64,000 bases of DNA. It comes from Candidatus Poribacteria bacterium (GTDB lineage Bacteria; Poribacteria; WGA-4E; WGA-3G). The notes beneath the pieces were generated by a model. The model saw nothing but the letters and a program-made list of their open reading frames with translations, did not search any database and was not told the origin of the DNA. The stretch's first letter is position 1. Each line of letters starts with the position of its first letter. The stretch is taken from contig OZ251518.1 of NCBI GenBank assembly GCA_965242965.1, positions 2,976,001 through 3,040,000 on the forward strand, in the 5' to 3' direction. Shown in pieces: positions 29,691 through 39,669 of the stretch. The translations under genes were made by a program, and so were the position numbers.

Positions 29691-30551
29691 ATGATTTTTG
29701 GACAAGGCACACATCAATACACGGTGCAAGAAAATTGGTGGACGCTACCGGAAGGATGGGAGTTTGGCTGGATCCCCGCTGTTGCCGTGGATTCGCAAGA
29801 CAGGGTTTACGTTTACAGCCGCAGCGAACGGCCGATGATAGTTTTCGACCGGGACGGCAATTTCCTTGCCTCTTGGGGTGAGGATATCCTCAAGGACGCG
29901 CACGGCATTTTCATTGATGCCGAAGACCACGTCTACTGCGTTGAACGCGACACCCATGTCATGCGCAAGTTTACTACGGACGGAGAACTGCTGATGACAC
30001 TCGGCATACCCGACAAACCGGGTGCCGAAGGCGAACCCTTTAACCAGCCAACCGATCTGGCTCTCGGCCCCGATGGCGAGATGTTTATCTGCGATGGATA
30101 CGGCAATGCCCGCATTCACAAATACTCCCCTGATGGAGAACTGATCAAGTCTTGGGGACAACCGGGAAGTGGCCCTGGCGAATTTGACTTGCCTCACTGC
30201 GTCAAAGTCGATCCTCGCAATCGACTCATGGTAGCGGACCGGGAGAACAATCGCATCCAATTTTTCACGCTTGATGGCGACTACATTGAAGAATGGCGCG
30301 ATTTCTTGCATCCCGACACTATCTATATTGATGCCGATGAGTTCATATACGTCGCCGAGTTAGATCAGCGCGTGACTATCCTGACGCTGGATGGGGAGAT
30401 AGTCTCGCAATGGGGTAGCGAGCGCGGGAGCACCGTCCCCGGCGAATTCCTCGCCTGTCCGCACGGTATCTGGTGCGATTCGCGCGGCGACATCTACGTC
30501 GGCGAGGTGCAGGCGGATGCGCGGTTACAGAAGTTCATCCGGCAACGGTAG
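29691..30551 (+). CDS. NHL-repeat beta-propeller (peptidyl-alpha-hydroxyglycine lyase-like)
   Basis: VAVDSQDRVYV, FNQPTDLA, DGYGNARIHKY, GEFDLPH, VADRENNRIQFF. Confidence 0.85.
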   Translation: MIFGQGTHQYTVQENWWTLPEGWEFGWIPAVAVDSQDRVYVYSRSERPMIVFDRDGNFLASWGEDILKDAHGIFIDAEDHVYCVERDTHVMRKFTTDGELLMTLGIPDKPGAEGEPFNQPTDLALGPDGEMFICDGYGNARIHKYSPDGELIKSWGQPGSGPGEFDLPHCVKVDPRNRLMVADRENNRIQFFTLDGDYIEEWRDFLHPDTIYIDADEFIYVAELDQRVTILTLDGEIVSQWGSERGSTVPGEFLACPHGIWCDSRGDIYVGEVQADARLQKFIRQR

Positions 30552-30691
30552 CTGAAGAAGCACGCTCACGGTAGGCGCGCTTTCACAGCGCGCCAAACGC
30601 ATGGCGACAGACGAAAGTGCTGAGTTAGGACAACCTCAAAAACCGAGTCGTTGACAACGTCGACAACGTCAATGACGGATGACGCAGAAAT

Positions 30692-32146
30692 ATGTCATTG
30701 CAAAAACCACCCTCACCGAACGCCTCGCGCGATACAAAAGTTCTTCCCTTTTTTCAAAAGGTGAACCAACATTTTGAGCACGCGGCGCGTTTTACAACGC
30801 ACCCGCGGGGGATGTTAGAGCAGATTAAGATTTGCAATAGCATCTGTCATGTGACGTTCCCGATTAAGCGTGACGATGGCACGATTGAGACGCTGCACGG
30901 CTGGCGCGCCGAACATAGCCATCATAAACTGCCGACGAAAGGCGGCATCCGCTACAGCACACTCGTGAATGAAGACGAGATCATGGCATTGGCGGCGTTG
31001 ATGACTTACAAATGCGCGATTGTCGATGTCCCGTTTGGCGGCGCGAAAGGCGGAATTCAGTTAGACCGGGCTGCCTATTCCTCAAGCGAATTGGAACGCA
31101 TCACGCGCCGCTATACCTACGAACTCATTCAGAAAAACTACATCGGCCCCGGCATAGACGTGCCGGCACCCGACTTCGGCACCAGCGAAACCGAAATGGC
31201 GTGGATTCTGGATACCTATCTGAGCATAGCCCCGGATAAACTTGATGCTATTGCCTGCGTGACCGGGAAACCGATTGAACTGAACGGGATTCGCGGGCGG
31301 CGGGAAGCCACCGGCAGAGGCGTTTTCTTCGGGCTGCGCGAGGCATGCACGGTTGCCGAAGATATGAAATCGCTCGGGCTGTCACCCGGACTGCCCGGCA
31401 AAACCGTTGTAATACAGGGATTCGGCAACGTTGGATACCATGCCGCCAAGTTCCTCAGCGAAAGCGACGCAGTTGTGACAGGTATCCTTGAGATAGATGG
31501 CGGACTCTATCACCCGAAGGGCCTTGATGTCGAAGCGGTTTCCGCTTGGTATGAGGAGAACGGCTCAATTCGCGATTATCCGGATGCCACGCTCATTGAT
31601 AATCCACAGGACGGGTTGGAGTTGGAGTGCGATATCCTCGTGCCGGCGGCGGTGGAGAATCAGATTACGGCGGAGAACGCGCCGCGTCTCAAGGCGCGCA
31701 TCCTCGCCGAAGCGGCAAACGGCCCAACAACCGCTGCCGCAGACGCACTCCTCAAACAGCGAAACATGCTGATTCTGCCGGATACCTACCTCAACGCCGG
31801 TGGTGTCACCGTCTCCTATTTTGAGTGGCTGCGTAACCTATCGCACGTGCGGTTTGGCAGACTTGGCAGGCGATTTGAAGAAAATCAGCATAAAAGCATG
31901 CTCAATGCCGTTGAAAAAGCGACAGGGTATCAGTTCTCAGCGGAAGAGATTGAACTGATCGGGCACGGAGCCGACGAAAATGACCTGGTGAATTCGGGAC
32001 TTGAGGATACGATGATTAACGCGTATCATGAAATTCGTGAAACGCACAAGCAACGCTGTCCTGCCGAAGATCTTCGCACGGCTTCGTTTATTACCGCCAT
32101 CGATAAAATTGCGGCGGCGTTTCGGCAATCGGGTGTTTTTCCCTAA
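30692..32146 (+). CDS. gdhA: Glu/Leu/Phe/Val dehydrogenase (glutamate dehydrogenase)
   Basis: PTKGGIRY, MTYKCA, GGAKGG, DVPAPD, GFGNVG, EAANGP, NAGGVTVSYFEW. Confidence 0.9.
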   Translation: MSLQKPPSPNASRDTKVLPFFQKVNQHFEHAARFTTHPRGMLEQIKICNSICHVTFPIKRDDGTIETLHGWRAEHSHHKLPTKGGIRYSTLVNEDEIMALAALMTYKCAIVDVPFGGAKGGIQLDRAAYSSSELERITRRYTYELIQKNYIGPGIDVPAPDFGTSETEMAWILDTYLSIAPDKLDAIACVTGKPIELNGIRGRREATGRGVFFGLREACTVAEDMKSLGLSPGLPGKTVVIQGFGNVGYHAAKFLSESDAVVTGILEIDGGLYHPKGLDVEAVSAWYEENGSIRDYPDATLIDNPQDGLELECDILVPAAVENQITAENAPRLKARILAEAANGPTTAAADALLKQRNMLILPDTYLNAGGVTVSYFEWLRNLSHVRFGRLGRRFEENQHKSMLNAVEKATGYQFSAEEIELIGHGADENDLVNSGLEDTMINAYHEIRETHKQRCPAEDLRTASFITAIDKIAAAFRQSGVFP

Positions 32147-32159
32147 ATCGCAGTTACGT

Positions 32160-32820
32160 GAGGGTGTTTCATAATCGTCCGCGTAATCCAACGCTCGCGG
32201 GGGACAGGCCCCCGCGCTACGGTAAAAAAACGGCTTCCCTTCATCGTAGGGCGAGGGCCTGTCCCTCGCCGTGCCCGGATCCTATAAAAGACCGTAGTTC
32301 GGGAGCACCTGCTCCCGAACGGATCAAGAGTAGGTGCTCTTGACCTACAGAGGGGCCCGTCTAACCGTAGGGCGAGGGCCTGTCCCTCGCCATGCCACGA
32401 TCGCGGGGGAAACCCGCTCGGATGCGCGGATGGCATCCGAGGGCCCCCGCGCTACGGTGAAAAAACGTCTCTTAGGTCCGTAGGACCTTAATGTCTATAG
32501 CACGCGCGCCTGCCAAGAAGAACCCTAAGGTCCTTTAGGTCCTTAATAGCCTTTGAAATGCGGCGTGTTTTTTATTAAGGACCTAAAGGACCTTGAAAAG
32601 GAGTCGACACGTTTTTCTATAGACATGTAAGTCCTAAAGGACCTAAGAGGCCCTCTTGCCGACAGGCATCGTGGGGGACAGGCCCCGCGCTACGTTGAAG
32701 CGAGACCGTAGTTCGGGAGCGCCTGCTCCCGAACGGGTCAGGATCAGGCGATCCTGACCTACAGAAGTAAGGCGGTCTGCCCGCCAAACGCATGGCGAGG
32801 GCCTGTCCCTCGCCCTACGT
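32160..32820. mobile_element. REP mosaic starting with a GAGGGTGTTTCATAA terminal repeat (partner end not evident)
   Basis: TIR at 32160; GTAG hairpin families and an AGGTCCT..GGACCT block at about 32473-32645. Confidence 0.7.
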
Positions 32821-32858
32821 AATTTGAATTTAGTATAACAGACTAACAGGAGAAAAAA

Positions 32859-33608
32859 ATGATTGCATTAAGCGTCAACGTCAACAAAATCGCCACATTG
32901 CGAAATTCGCGTGGCGGCACCATTCCAAATCTCATCAAAGCGGTAGATACCTGTATCGCCGCCGGGGCGCAAGGCATCACAGTGCATCCTCGTGAAGACC
33001 AGCGTCACATTACACCGGCAGATGTTAACGACATCGCTGCGCATTTGCATCAAAACGCCTCGCGCAAAACGAAAAACATAGAATATAACATTGAAGGTGA
33101 CCCGAGGCCAGACCTGGTTGACATGGTGCTCCGCACTCGGCCGACGCAATGCACCCTTGTCCCTGTCGTCACCGGCGAGATTACGAGCCATACCGTTTGG
33201 GATATCCGCAAAGATGGCGACATGCTGAAACCTATCATCGCCTCGCTGCAGGATGCTGGCATCCGCGTCAGTCTGTTTAGCGGCACAGATTGCGAGCAGA
33301 TTGCCATGACGCGCGATATTGGCGCGGACAGAATCGAACTCTACACCGCTCCTTACGCGATGGCGAAAACGGCAGCCGATATTGAACGTGAGTTGGGGCT
33401 GCTTGTCACGGCGGCGGAGAAAGCGTCCAGCCTTGGCATGGGAGTCAACGCTGGGCACGATCTGGATTTAGACAACCTGCCGCGGATGCAGAAGGTGCCG
33501 GGGCTATTAGAGGTATCCATCGGGCACCATTTAATGGCGGACGCACTCTATATCGGGATGGCGGCGGCGGTGAAGGCGTATCGCGCCGCATTAGGACAAA
33601 AAGTATGA
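32859..33608 (+). CDS. pdxJ: Pyridoxine 5'-phosphate synthase
   Basis: LSVNVNKIATLRNSR, GITVHPREDQRHI, NIEG, VNAGHDL, EVSIGH. Confidence 0.95.
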   Translation: MIALSVNVNKIATLRNSRGGTIPNLIKAVDTCIAAGAQGITVHPREDQRHITPADVNDIAAHLHQNASRKTKNIEYNIEGDPRPDLVDMVLRTRPTQCTLVPVVTGEITSHTVWDIRKDGDMLKPIIASLQDAGIRVSLFSGTDCEQIAMTRDIGADRIELYTAPYAMAKTAADIERELGLLVTAAEKASSLGMGVNAGHDLDLDNLPRMQKVPGLLEVSIGHHLMADALYIGMAAAVKAYRAALGQKV

Positions 33609-34264
33609 CAAAAACGTGTGCGGTGTTCGACCTGGATGGAACCATCATCCGCCGTTCTTCGGAGCAAGTTTTCCTGACAGCCCTCTTAGCGCGCGGCGAA
33701 ATCCCGATTCCGAATCTGATGGCGTGGACAGCCAATTTCTTGAAGGTGCGTCAGTTGTCGGAAGCGAAGTCCAACAAGGTATATCTCCGCGGATTAGAAG
33801 AAACGCATCTCCGCGACATCGCGCGGTGCTGTTTTGTGGAATCGCTTCGGGCTAGCATTTCGCCGCGCATACCCGAATTAATGCGCTTCCACCGCGAACA
33901 AGGCAGGACAATGGTGCTGATGTCCGGTTCCTTGGAACTTCTCGTCAAACCATTTCATGAGCATTTCCAAACCGACATGATGGTAGCCCATAAATTGGAA
34001 GTAGTGGACGGCAGGTTGACAGGCAATCGGGTTGGGTTGCATCCTTACGCCGAAAACAAAGGGACACTCGCACTGCAGTTGGCGGCGGCGCACGGGTTTG
34101 ACTTGGCAGGTTCTTACGCCTACGGCAATCATCACACCGATGTGCATAAATTGGCACTCTTCGGGCATCCTGTCGCCGTGAATCCAGACCGGCGGTTGCA
34201 GCGCATCGCCACCAAAAGAGGCTGGGAAATCCAACAGTTTCATGGCGAGTTCGGGCAACAGTAA
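33605..34264 (+). CDS. HAD-IB family hydrolase (SerB-like)
   Basis: FDLDGT motif I, MSGS, K, and YAYGN..D..PVAVNPD. Confidence 0.85.
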   Translation: MTKTCAVFDLDGTIIRRSSEQVFLTALLARGEIPIPNLMAWTANFLKVRQLSEAKSNKVYLRGLEETHLRDIARCCFVESLRASISPRIPELMRFHREQGRTMVLMSGSLELLVKPFHEHFQTDMMVAHKLEVVDGRLTGNRVGLHPYAENKGTLALQLAAAHGFDLAGSYAYGNHHTDVHKLALFGHPVAVNPDRRLQRIATKRGWEIQQFHGEFGQQ

Positions 34265-34272
34265 GGACGGAT

Positions 34273-34469
34273 GGTAGGAGAGACCTCCCGGTCTCGATTT
34301 CACCGTAGGGCGAGGGCCTGTCCCTCGCCATGCGGCGATCGCGGGGGACAGGCCCCCGCGCTACGGTATGCAAGGCCGCCTCCTTTCACCGTAGGGCCCC
34401 CGCGCTACGGGAACATCGAGCCCCGAGGTCTCTCCCACCGGGAAGCCATTGAGATATGAAACACCTTTC
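34273..34469. repeat. REP mosaic ending in a degenerate TIR
   Basis: GTAGGAGAGACCTCCCGGTCTCGAT and GTAGGGCGAGGGCCTGTCCCTCGCC copies; ATATGAAACACCTTTC end. Confidence 0.75.
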
Positions 34470-34484
34470 ACGAATAACAAAACA

Positions 34485-35216
34485 ATGCGGCTAGAAAAAT
34501 ATATCGCCACAGCAGGCATCGCCTCGCGGCGGGCAGCGAAGAAAGCCATCCATGAAGGACGCGTCACCGTCAACGGCGCGCCGGTTTTCGTGCCGGGACA
34601 TCCCATTGACACGAACGCCGATTGCATTGTATATGATGGAAAACGCGTCACCTGCACAGCCGAACGCCTCTATGTGATTCTCCATAAACCAGCAGGCTAT
34701 CTGACGACGCGTCGAGACGAGCGAGGCCGCCCGACTGTCATGGATTTAGTCCAAGACATCTCTGAAAATATCTATCCAGTCGGCCGTTTGGATTTAGAGA
34801 CAGAGGGGCTGCTGCTGTTGACAAACGATGGCGATTTCGCCTATCGGTTGACGCATCCAAGTCACGAAATACCGAAAACCTATCTGGTGTGGGTTGATGG
34901 TGTTCCGAGTGAAAAGGCACTCCGACAGCTGCGTGAAGGCATCACGATTCCCAGTGGGAAAACTGCACCGGCAACGGTGTCGCGCTTAGGAGTTCGCGCC
35001 GATACTGATGGAATGGGTTCGCAGTTCAAGATGATTCTCCATGAAGGGAAGAAACGGCAGGTGCGCCTGATGTTTAAAGCAATAGGGCACCGCGTTGTCC
35101 GCTTAAAGCGAATTCAGGTGGGTGCATTAAGACTGGGCAATCTGCCGCCGGGGCAGCATCGATTGCTGTCCCCAGCGGAAGTTGCCGGTTTGGGACATGA
35201 TGATAACGAAATGTGA
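34485..35216 (+). CDS. rRNA pseudouridine synthase, RsuA/RluB family
   Basis: S4 domain MRLEKYIATAGIASRR; GRLDLETEGLLLLTNDG; EGKKRQVR. Confidence 0.92.
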   Translation: MRLEKYIATAGIASRRAAKKAIHEGRVTVNGAPVFVPGHPIDTNADCIVYDGKRVTCTAERLYVILHKPAGYLTTRRDERGRPTVMDLVQDISENIYPVGRLDLETEGLLLLTNDGDFAYRLTHPSHEIPKTYLVWVDGVPSEKALRQLREGITIPSGKTAPATVSRLGVRADTDGMGSQFKMILHEGKKRQVRLMFKAIGHRVVRLKRIQVGALRLGNLPPGQHRLLSPAEVAGLGHDDNEM

Positions 35217-35282
35217 GGGCGGCAATGAAAATCCACCCTCACAAACCGATAACTCGGTAGGCGCGGTTGCAAACCGCACCGA

Positions 35283-36185
35283 CTAATGCCTGTGTTGGCT
35301 CAAATGCCGCACTTGTGCAAGCTGAGATTCCGCAGCCATCCGAATGTTGTCGTCGGTAGCGTGCTGCACCAGTTTCTCAAGCACCTCGATGGATGCGTCA
35401 TACTTTTCTTGGATGGCATACACCATGCCGAGATAGAACTGAGCCGGCTCATACTCATCGCTTTCCCGGTAGGAGTCGATGACGGTGCAGAGATGCATGA
35501 CAGCCTTGTCACGATACGCTTCCGCGTTTTCGTCTTCGGCCGGTGTCATGCCGTAGGCGGTGCCCAAAGCGGTGTGCAGTTTGGGCAGGAGTCCCGTCGT
35601 ATTGTCCACGTCACCTTTAAGCGTTTTCGCGCTGAACGGAATCGCCTTTTCCAGCTGCTGCCTCTCCAGATAAGCAAGCGCGACTTCGCCGTTCAGTTTA
35701 GCATCGTCGGGCATCTCCTTCAGTTTCGCCAATTGTTCTTGGAACGCCGCTTCGACTTGCAAAGCATTTTCCATTACCGGCGCGAATCGTTCCGGCGGGA
35801 GGAATCCAATGCTTTCGCCGATGAAGCCGCCATCCTTGCTAAGGAACGTGATTGTCGGGATGCTTCTAATCCCCCACCGTCTCGCGGCATCCTGAGCCTC
35901 CATATCGTCCCTATCACTCAGATTGACTTTGACAGGCACGAACTTTCCAGCGATGGCGGCGATGTTTGCGTCAGTGAACGTTTCGGCATCCAGCCGAGCA
36001 CACGCGCCTCACGTATCGGTGTAGAAGTCCAGCATGAGCGGTTTGTCGGCTTTCGCCGCGGCTTTCATCCCTTCTTCAATTGACTTCCCCCACTCGATTT
36101 CCGCGTCGGCGATGTGCGCAGGAATTGCGACTGCCATCAGCAAAACTATCGCGAGTGAGAGGCGAGACAAAACAGAGTTAAACAT
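35283..36185 (-). CDS. Exported thioredoxin-fold/TPR protein with in-frame UGA; probable selenoprotein (U-G-A-C)
   Basis: ORFs 36009-36227 and 35283-35939 are in frame. Read-through gives KPLMLDFYTDT-U-GAC-ARLDAETF..FVPVKVN..GIRSIPT. Hairpin 11 nt after the UGA. AAAGGAG RBS before ATG 36185. Confidence 0.85.
35983..35997 (-). promoter_or_regulatory. Putative bacterial SECIS hairpin
   Basis: Minus strand UCGGC-UGGAU-GCCGA, starting 11 nt 3' of the UGA at 36011-36009. Confidence 0.6.
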
Positions 36186-36265
36186 TTCTTTTCTCCTTTT
36201 GGGGTAGAACGAACCTAAGGTTCGCATTTCCCGTTCGTCTTTCGGGTTAGTTAATTCTCGGTTGA

Positions 36266-36735
36266 TTCATAAATCTCTCAACGTCGCGGTGACATGCCCC
36301 GCGATGCAGTGAAAAAACGCCGTCCCTTCACGTAGGGCGAGGGCCTGTCCCTCGCCATGCTGCGATCGCGGGTGCGGCGTTCAATGCCCAGGGATTTCTT
36401 TTGAATCGGCCTGTCCCTCGCCATGCAGCGATCGCGGGGGACAGGCCCCCGCGCTACGGTAAAAAACGACACGTCACCGTAAGGCTTGGGCCCTCGGATG
36501 CCCTACGCGCATGCGAGCAGGTTCCCCTCGCCATCGTTCGATCGCCCCGCTGCACCGCTATCTGTAGGTCAGGATCGCCTGATCCTGACCTGTTTGTGAT
36601 CAGGCGATCACAAACTACAGAGAGGAAACACACATCGTGACGATGGACAACGCGGGGGACAGGCCCCCGCGCTACGGGAACATCGAGACCAGGAGGTCTC
36701 TCCTACGGTATTGCATCGAAATATGAAACACCCTC
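36266..36735. mobile_element. TIR/REP mosaic element (left TIR truncated)
   Basis: Right end ATATGAAACACCCTC; left end TTCATAAATCTCTCAACGTCGCGG; interior GTAG hairpins. Confidence 0.7.
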
Positions 36736-36737
36736 AC

Positions 36738-36923
36738 TTAATTCTCGATTGATTCCTCAAGCACCGACGCGCTGGTAGTTTTGCTTGACAGCGTTGTCCG
36801 ACACTTGAGACAGGTTACGATTGTCTTGACCAGGGTTTTCTGTCTACCAACGTGGGACTGCTTCTGCTCAGTCAATACATACCGTTGGCAGCGCGGACAC
36901 CACTGTTGTTTTGTTGCTAACAC
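36738..36923 (-). CDS. Small zinc-ribbon protein
   Basis: WCPRC..TCLKC; GAGGAG RBS before GTG 36923. Confidence 0.6.
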   Translation of the reverse strand: MLATKQQWCPRCQRYVLTEQKQSHVGRQKTLVKTIVTCLKCRTTLSSKTTSASVLEESIEN

Positions 36924-37073
36924 GGGACACACTCCTCGGATACCCAATTGCATATCAAACGGTATAGAGTATCGTCTTTAAACACACCTTACGCCGATAA
37001 AAGTTCCAATTTTCTTATTTTCCAGCCACCCCTCGGAAACCCTAACCGAACGCTTGGCGACAGTCCGAAAAAA

Positions 37074-38558
37074 TCATTTGCCGATGCAAAACTGCGAGAA
37101 AATCCTATCCAAAATATCTTCCGTTGTCGTTTTTCCGACGATGTCGCCGAGGGCATCGAGGCTAATGTGTAAATCGACTGCAACCAACTCTGGCGGCATC
37201 GCGTTCGTCAAACTCTCTATTGCATCGTTCAGAGCCGCATTAGCACGCCGCAGCGCGTCTTGATGCCGCGCATTGGTGACAATCGGGGAGTCGCCCGTTA
37301 CAAATGCGTCGCCGAGCAATTCCTCACGCATAGCAGTTTTCAACGCCTCTAACCCTTTGCCTTCCGGAATAGCAGTCTGCACAACCCGTTTGTTCAAGCA
37401 ATGGGCCCACAAGGCATCGGGAGGCGTGACGATAGGCAAATCCGTTTTATTTAAGATTAAAAGTGCCTTATGCGAATTCGCCGTTTCCAAGAGTTCCACA
37501 TCTGCTTCCGTTAACGCTTGCGAAGCATCGAACATCAGTAACAGGAATTCCGCTTTATCAATAACCGCCTTGCTTCGGAGCACGCCTTGCCGTTCGATGA
37601 TGTCCGATGTCTCTCGGATGCCGGCGGTATCAATGAGGTGCATCGGAATACCGCCAAGATTAATTGTCTCCTCAATCGTATCGCGCGTGGTGCCGGGGAT
37701 GTCAGTGACAATCGCGCGCTCACGCTGCACAAGAGCATTGAGCAGACTCGATTTGCCGACGTTCGGTTTGCCGAGAATGGCGACGGTGATGCCCTCCTTG
37801 ATAAGTCGTCCTTCTTCGGCAGTGGAAAGCAGGCGTGTTAAGTCTGCCTGAATGGCGCGCGCCGTTTGATGTTGCACCTCCACCTTCATGAAATCCAATT
37901 CTTCCTCCGGGAAGTCAATCGAGGCTTCGATTTCTGCCAATAATCCTGCTATTGTGTCGCTGAGGTGATTAACGTTTTCCGAGAGTTTACCTTCTAGCGC
38001 GTTGAGCGCGATTTTCCTGCTGAGTTCTGTCTTTGAACCGATGAGTTCCGCGACAGCCTCTGCTTGCGCCAGATCGAGTCGGCCGTTGAGGAAAGCACGT
38101 TTCGTAAATTCTCCCGGTTCAGCGAGGCGTGCGCCCGCCTTCACGACGACTTCCAGCACGGCTGTGAGAGAGACAATCCCGCCGTGGCAATTGAATTCGA
38201 CGATGTCCTCGGTGGTGTAAGTTTTCGGGGCGCGCATGATGCCGAGCAGAACTTCGTCAATCTGTTCAGACTGTTCAGAGTCCCTCGGTTGAGCCTCCCT
38301 TTTTTTACCCGTTTTTTTACCGGCGCGCCCTGACGTGTCAGCTGACGTATCCCCTGCAGGCAAAAGCCTGACAACGTGTCCGTATGTCAGCGTATGCGTT
38401 GGCAGTTCGGCGAGTGAAACGCCGCGCGGGGAGCGAAACACCTGACAGGCAATCTCAATGGCGCGCGCACCGCTGACTCGGACGATGCCGATGCCGCCTT
38501 CACCGCGCGGCGTTGCGATGGCTGCAATAGTATCGTCAAATCCCATAACGCAGTCCAT
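37074..38558 (-). CDS. mnmE: tRNA modification GTPase MnmE
   Basis: DTIAAIATP, GEFTKRAFLNGRLDL, GKPNVGKSS, DTAG, NKTD, C-terminal FCIGK. Confidence 0.97.
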   Translation of the reverse strand: MDCVMGFDDTIAAIATPRGEGGIGIVRVSGARAIEIACQVFRSPRGVSLAELPTHTLTYGHVVRLLPAGDTSADTSGRAGKKTGKKREAQPRDSEQSEQIDEVLLGIMRAPKTYTTEDIVEFNCHGGIVSLTAVLEVVVKAGARLAEPGEFTKRAFLNGRLDLAQAEAVAELIGSKTELSRKIALNALEGKLSENVNHLSDTIAGLLAEIEASIDFPEEELDFMKVEVQHQTARAIQADLTRLLSTAEEGRLIKEGITVAILGKPNVGKSSLLNALVQRERAIVTDIPGTTRDTIEETINLGGIPMHLIDTAGIRETSDIIERQGVLRSKAVIDKAEFLLLMFDASQALTEADVELLETANSHKALLILNKTDLPIVTPPDALWAHCLNKRVVQTAIPEGKGLEALKTAMREELLGDAFVTGDSPIVTNARHQDALRRANAALNDAIESLTNAMPPELVAVDLHISLDALGDIVGKTTTEDILDRIFSQFCIGK

Positions 38559-38564
38559 AACCCA

Positions 38565-39015
38565 TGAAAAAAACGTCTTCCTTTCACCGTAGCGCGAGGG
38601 CCTGTCCCTCGCGAGTGCTCGCGCTACGGAAAAAACGTCTCTTGTTCTCTTCAGGTCCTTTAGGTCCTGAATGTCTATAGCACGCGCGCCGCCGAAGAAC
38701 GCTAAGGTCCTTTAGGTCCTTAATATGCTTTGCCATGCTGCGCGTTTTTTATTAAGGACCTAAAGGACCTTGACATGGGACCGGCACGTTTTTCTATAGA
38801 CATGTAGGTCCTAAAGGACCTAAGAACGATGCATCCGAAAAAACGGCGTGCGTTCCCGTAGGGCGAGGGCCTGTCCCTCGCCATCGTTCATGCACGCGCA
38901 CCCCAACGCTCGCGGGGGACAGGCCCCCGCGCTACGGATGGATAAAAGCCCTAGGGGATGCATCGAGACCGGGAGGTCTCTCCTACCCAGAGGCATCGAA
39001 ATATGAAACACCCTC
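38565..39015. mobile_element. REP mosaic with a single TIR end, inside the jag-mnmE operon
   Basis: Ends ATATGAAACACCCTC at 39015; contains the AGGTCCT/CTATAGAC block and GTAG hairpins. Confidence 0.7.
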
Positions 39016-39016
39016 A

Positions 39017-39655
39017 CTAAGGTTCCTCTGTTGTAACGACAACGCGGCGCGTATCGCCTTCCCCTTGGCTGTAAGTATGCACGACGGTGTCGGTTTTCAA
39101 GGTAATATGAATGATGCGCCGGTCGCGGGGGGACATCGGTGCGAGGACGACTTCGCGCCCGGTATGCCGTACCTTCGCCGCCACCTGATGCGCGAGCTCC
39201 ACGAGGGACTGTTCCCGGCGCACACGGTAACCCGCCGCGTCAATAAAAACGCGGTTTTTGACATCCGGTGCTTTGTTGAGGATGCAGTTGAGCAAGCGTT
39301 CAATGGCATCCAGCGTCTGTCCATGTCTCCCGATGAGCAGAGCCGGCACATCGGTGTGCATGTTGAGGTGCATGTTCCCATCAATCTCTTCCGGTTCAAT
39401 ATCCGCATCGATGCCCATCCGGTTCAGCAGCCCCCTCAGAATAGCATCAGGAGCGGAGGCGACATCTTCGCGGCGTGTAAGACGGACTCTCGCCGGCTTG
39501 GAGCCAAATTTCAGGATGCCCTTCGTCGGTTCGCTCAGGATGTCAATCGTGACTTCGTCGCGCGTCACATTCAACTCGGTGAGGGCACGTTCGATCGCCT
39601 CATCGACAGTCGTGCCCTCGGTTTCAATATAGTTGTGCCCCGTATAATTTTGCAC
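39017..39655 (-). CDS. jag: RNA-binding protein Jag/EloR/KhpB
   Basis: Jag_N (EGTTVDEAIERAL), KH (LIGRHGQTLDAI), R3H (RRIIH) domains. Confidence 0.93.
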   Translation of the reverse strand: MQNYTGHNYIETEGTTVDEAIERALTELNVTRDEVTIDILSEPTKGILKFGSKPARVRLTRREDVASAPDAILRGLLNRMGIDADIEPEEIDGNMHLNMHTDVPALLIGRHGQTLDAIERLLNCILNKAPDVKNRVFIDAAGYRVRREQSLVELAHQVAAKVRHTGREVVLAPMSPRDRRIIHITLKTDTVVHTYSQGEGDTRRVVVTTEEP

Positions 39656-39669
39656 AGCGAGGTTCTCCT

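Noticed and set aside
35283-36227. Pseudogene or two separate genes
   Set aside because: The TGA is in frame at the redox Cys position with an adjacent hairpin; Sec recoding explains it better.
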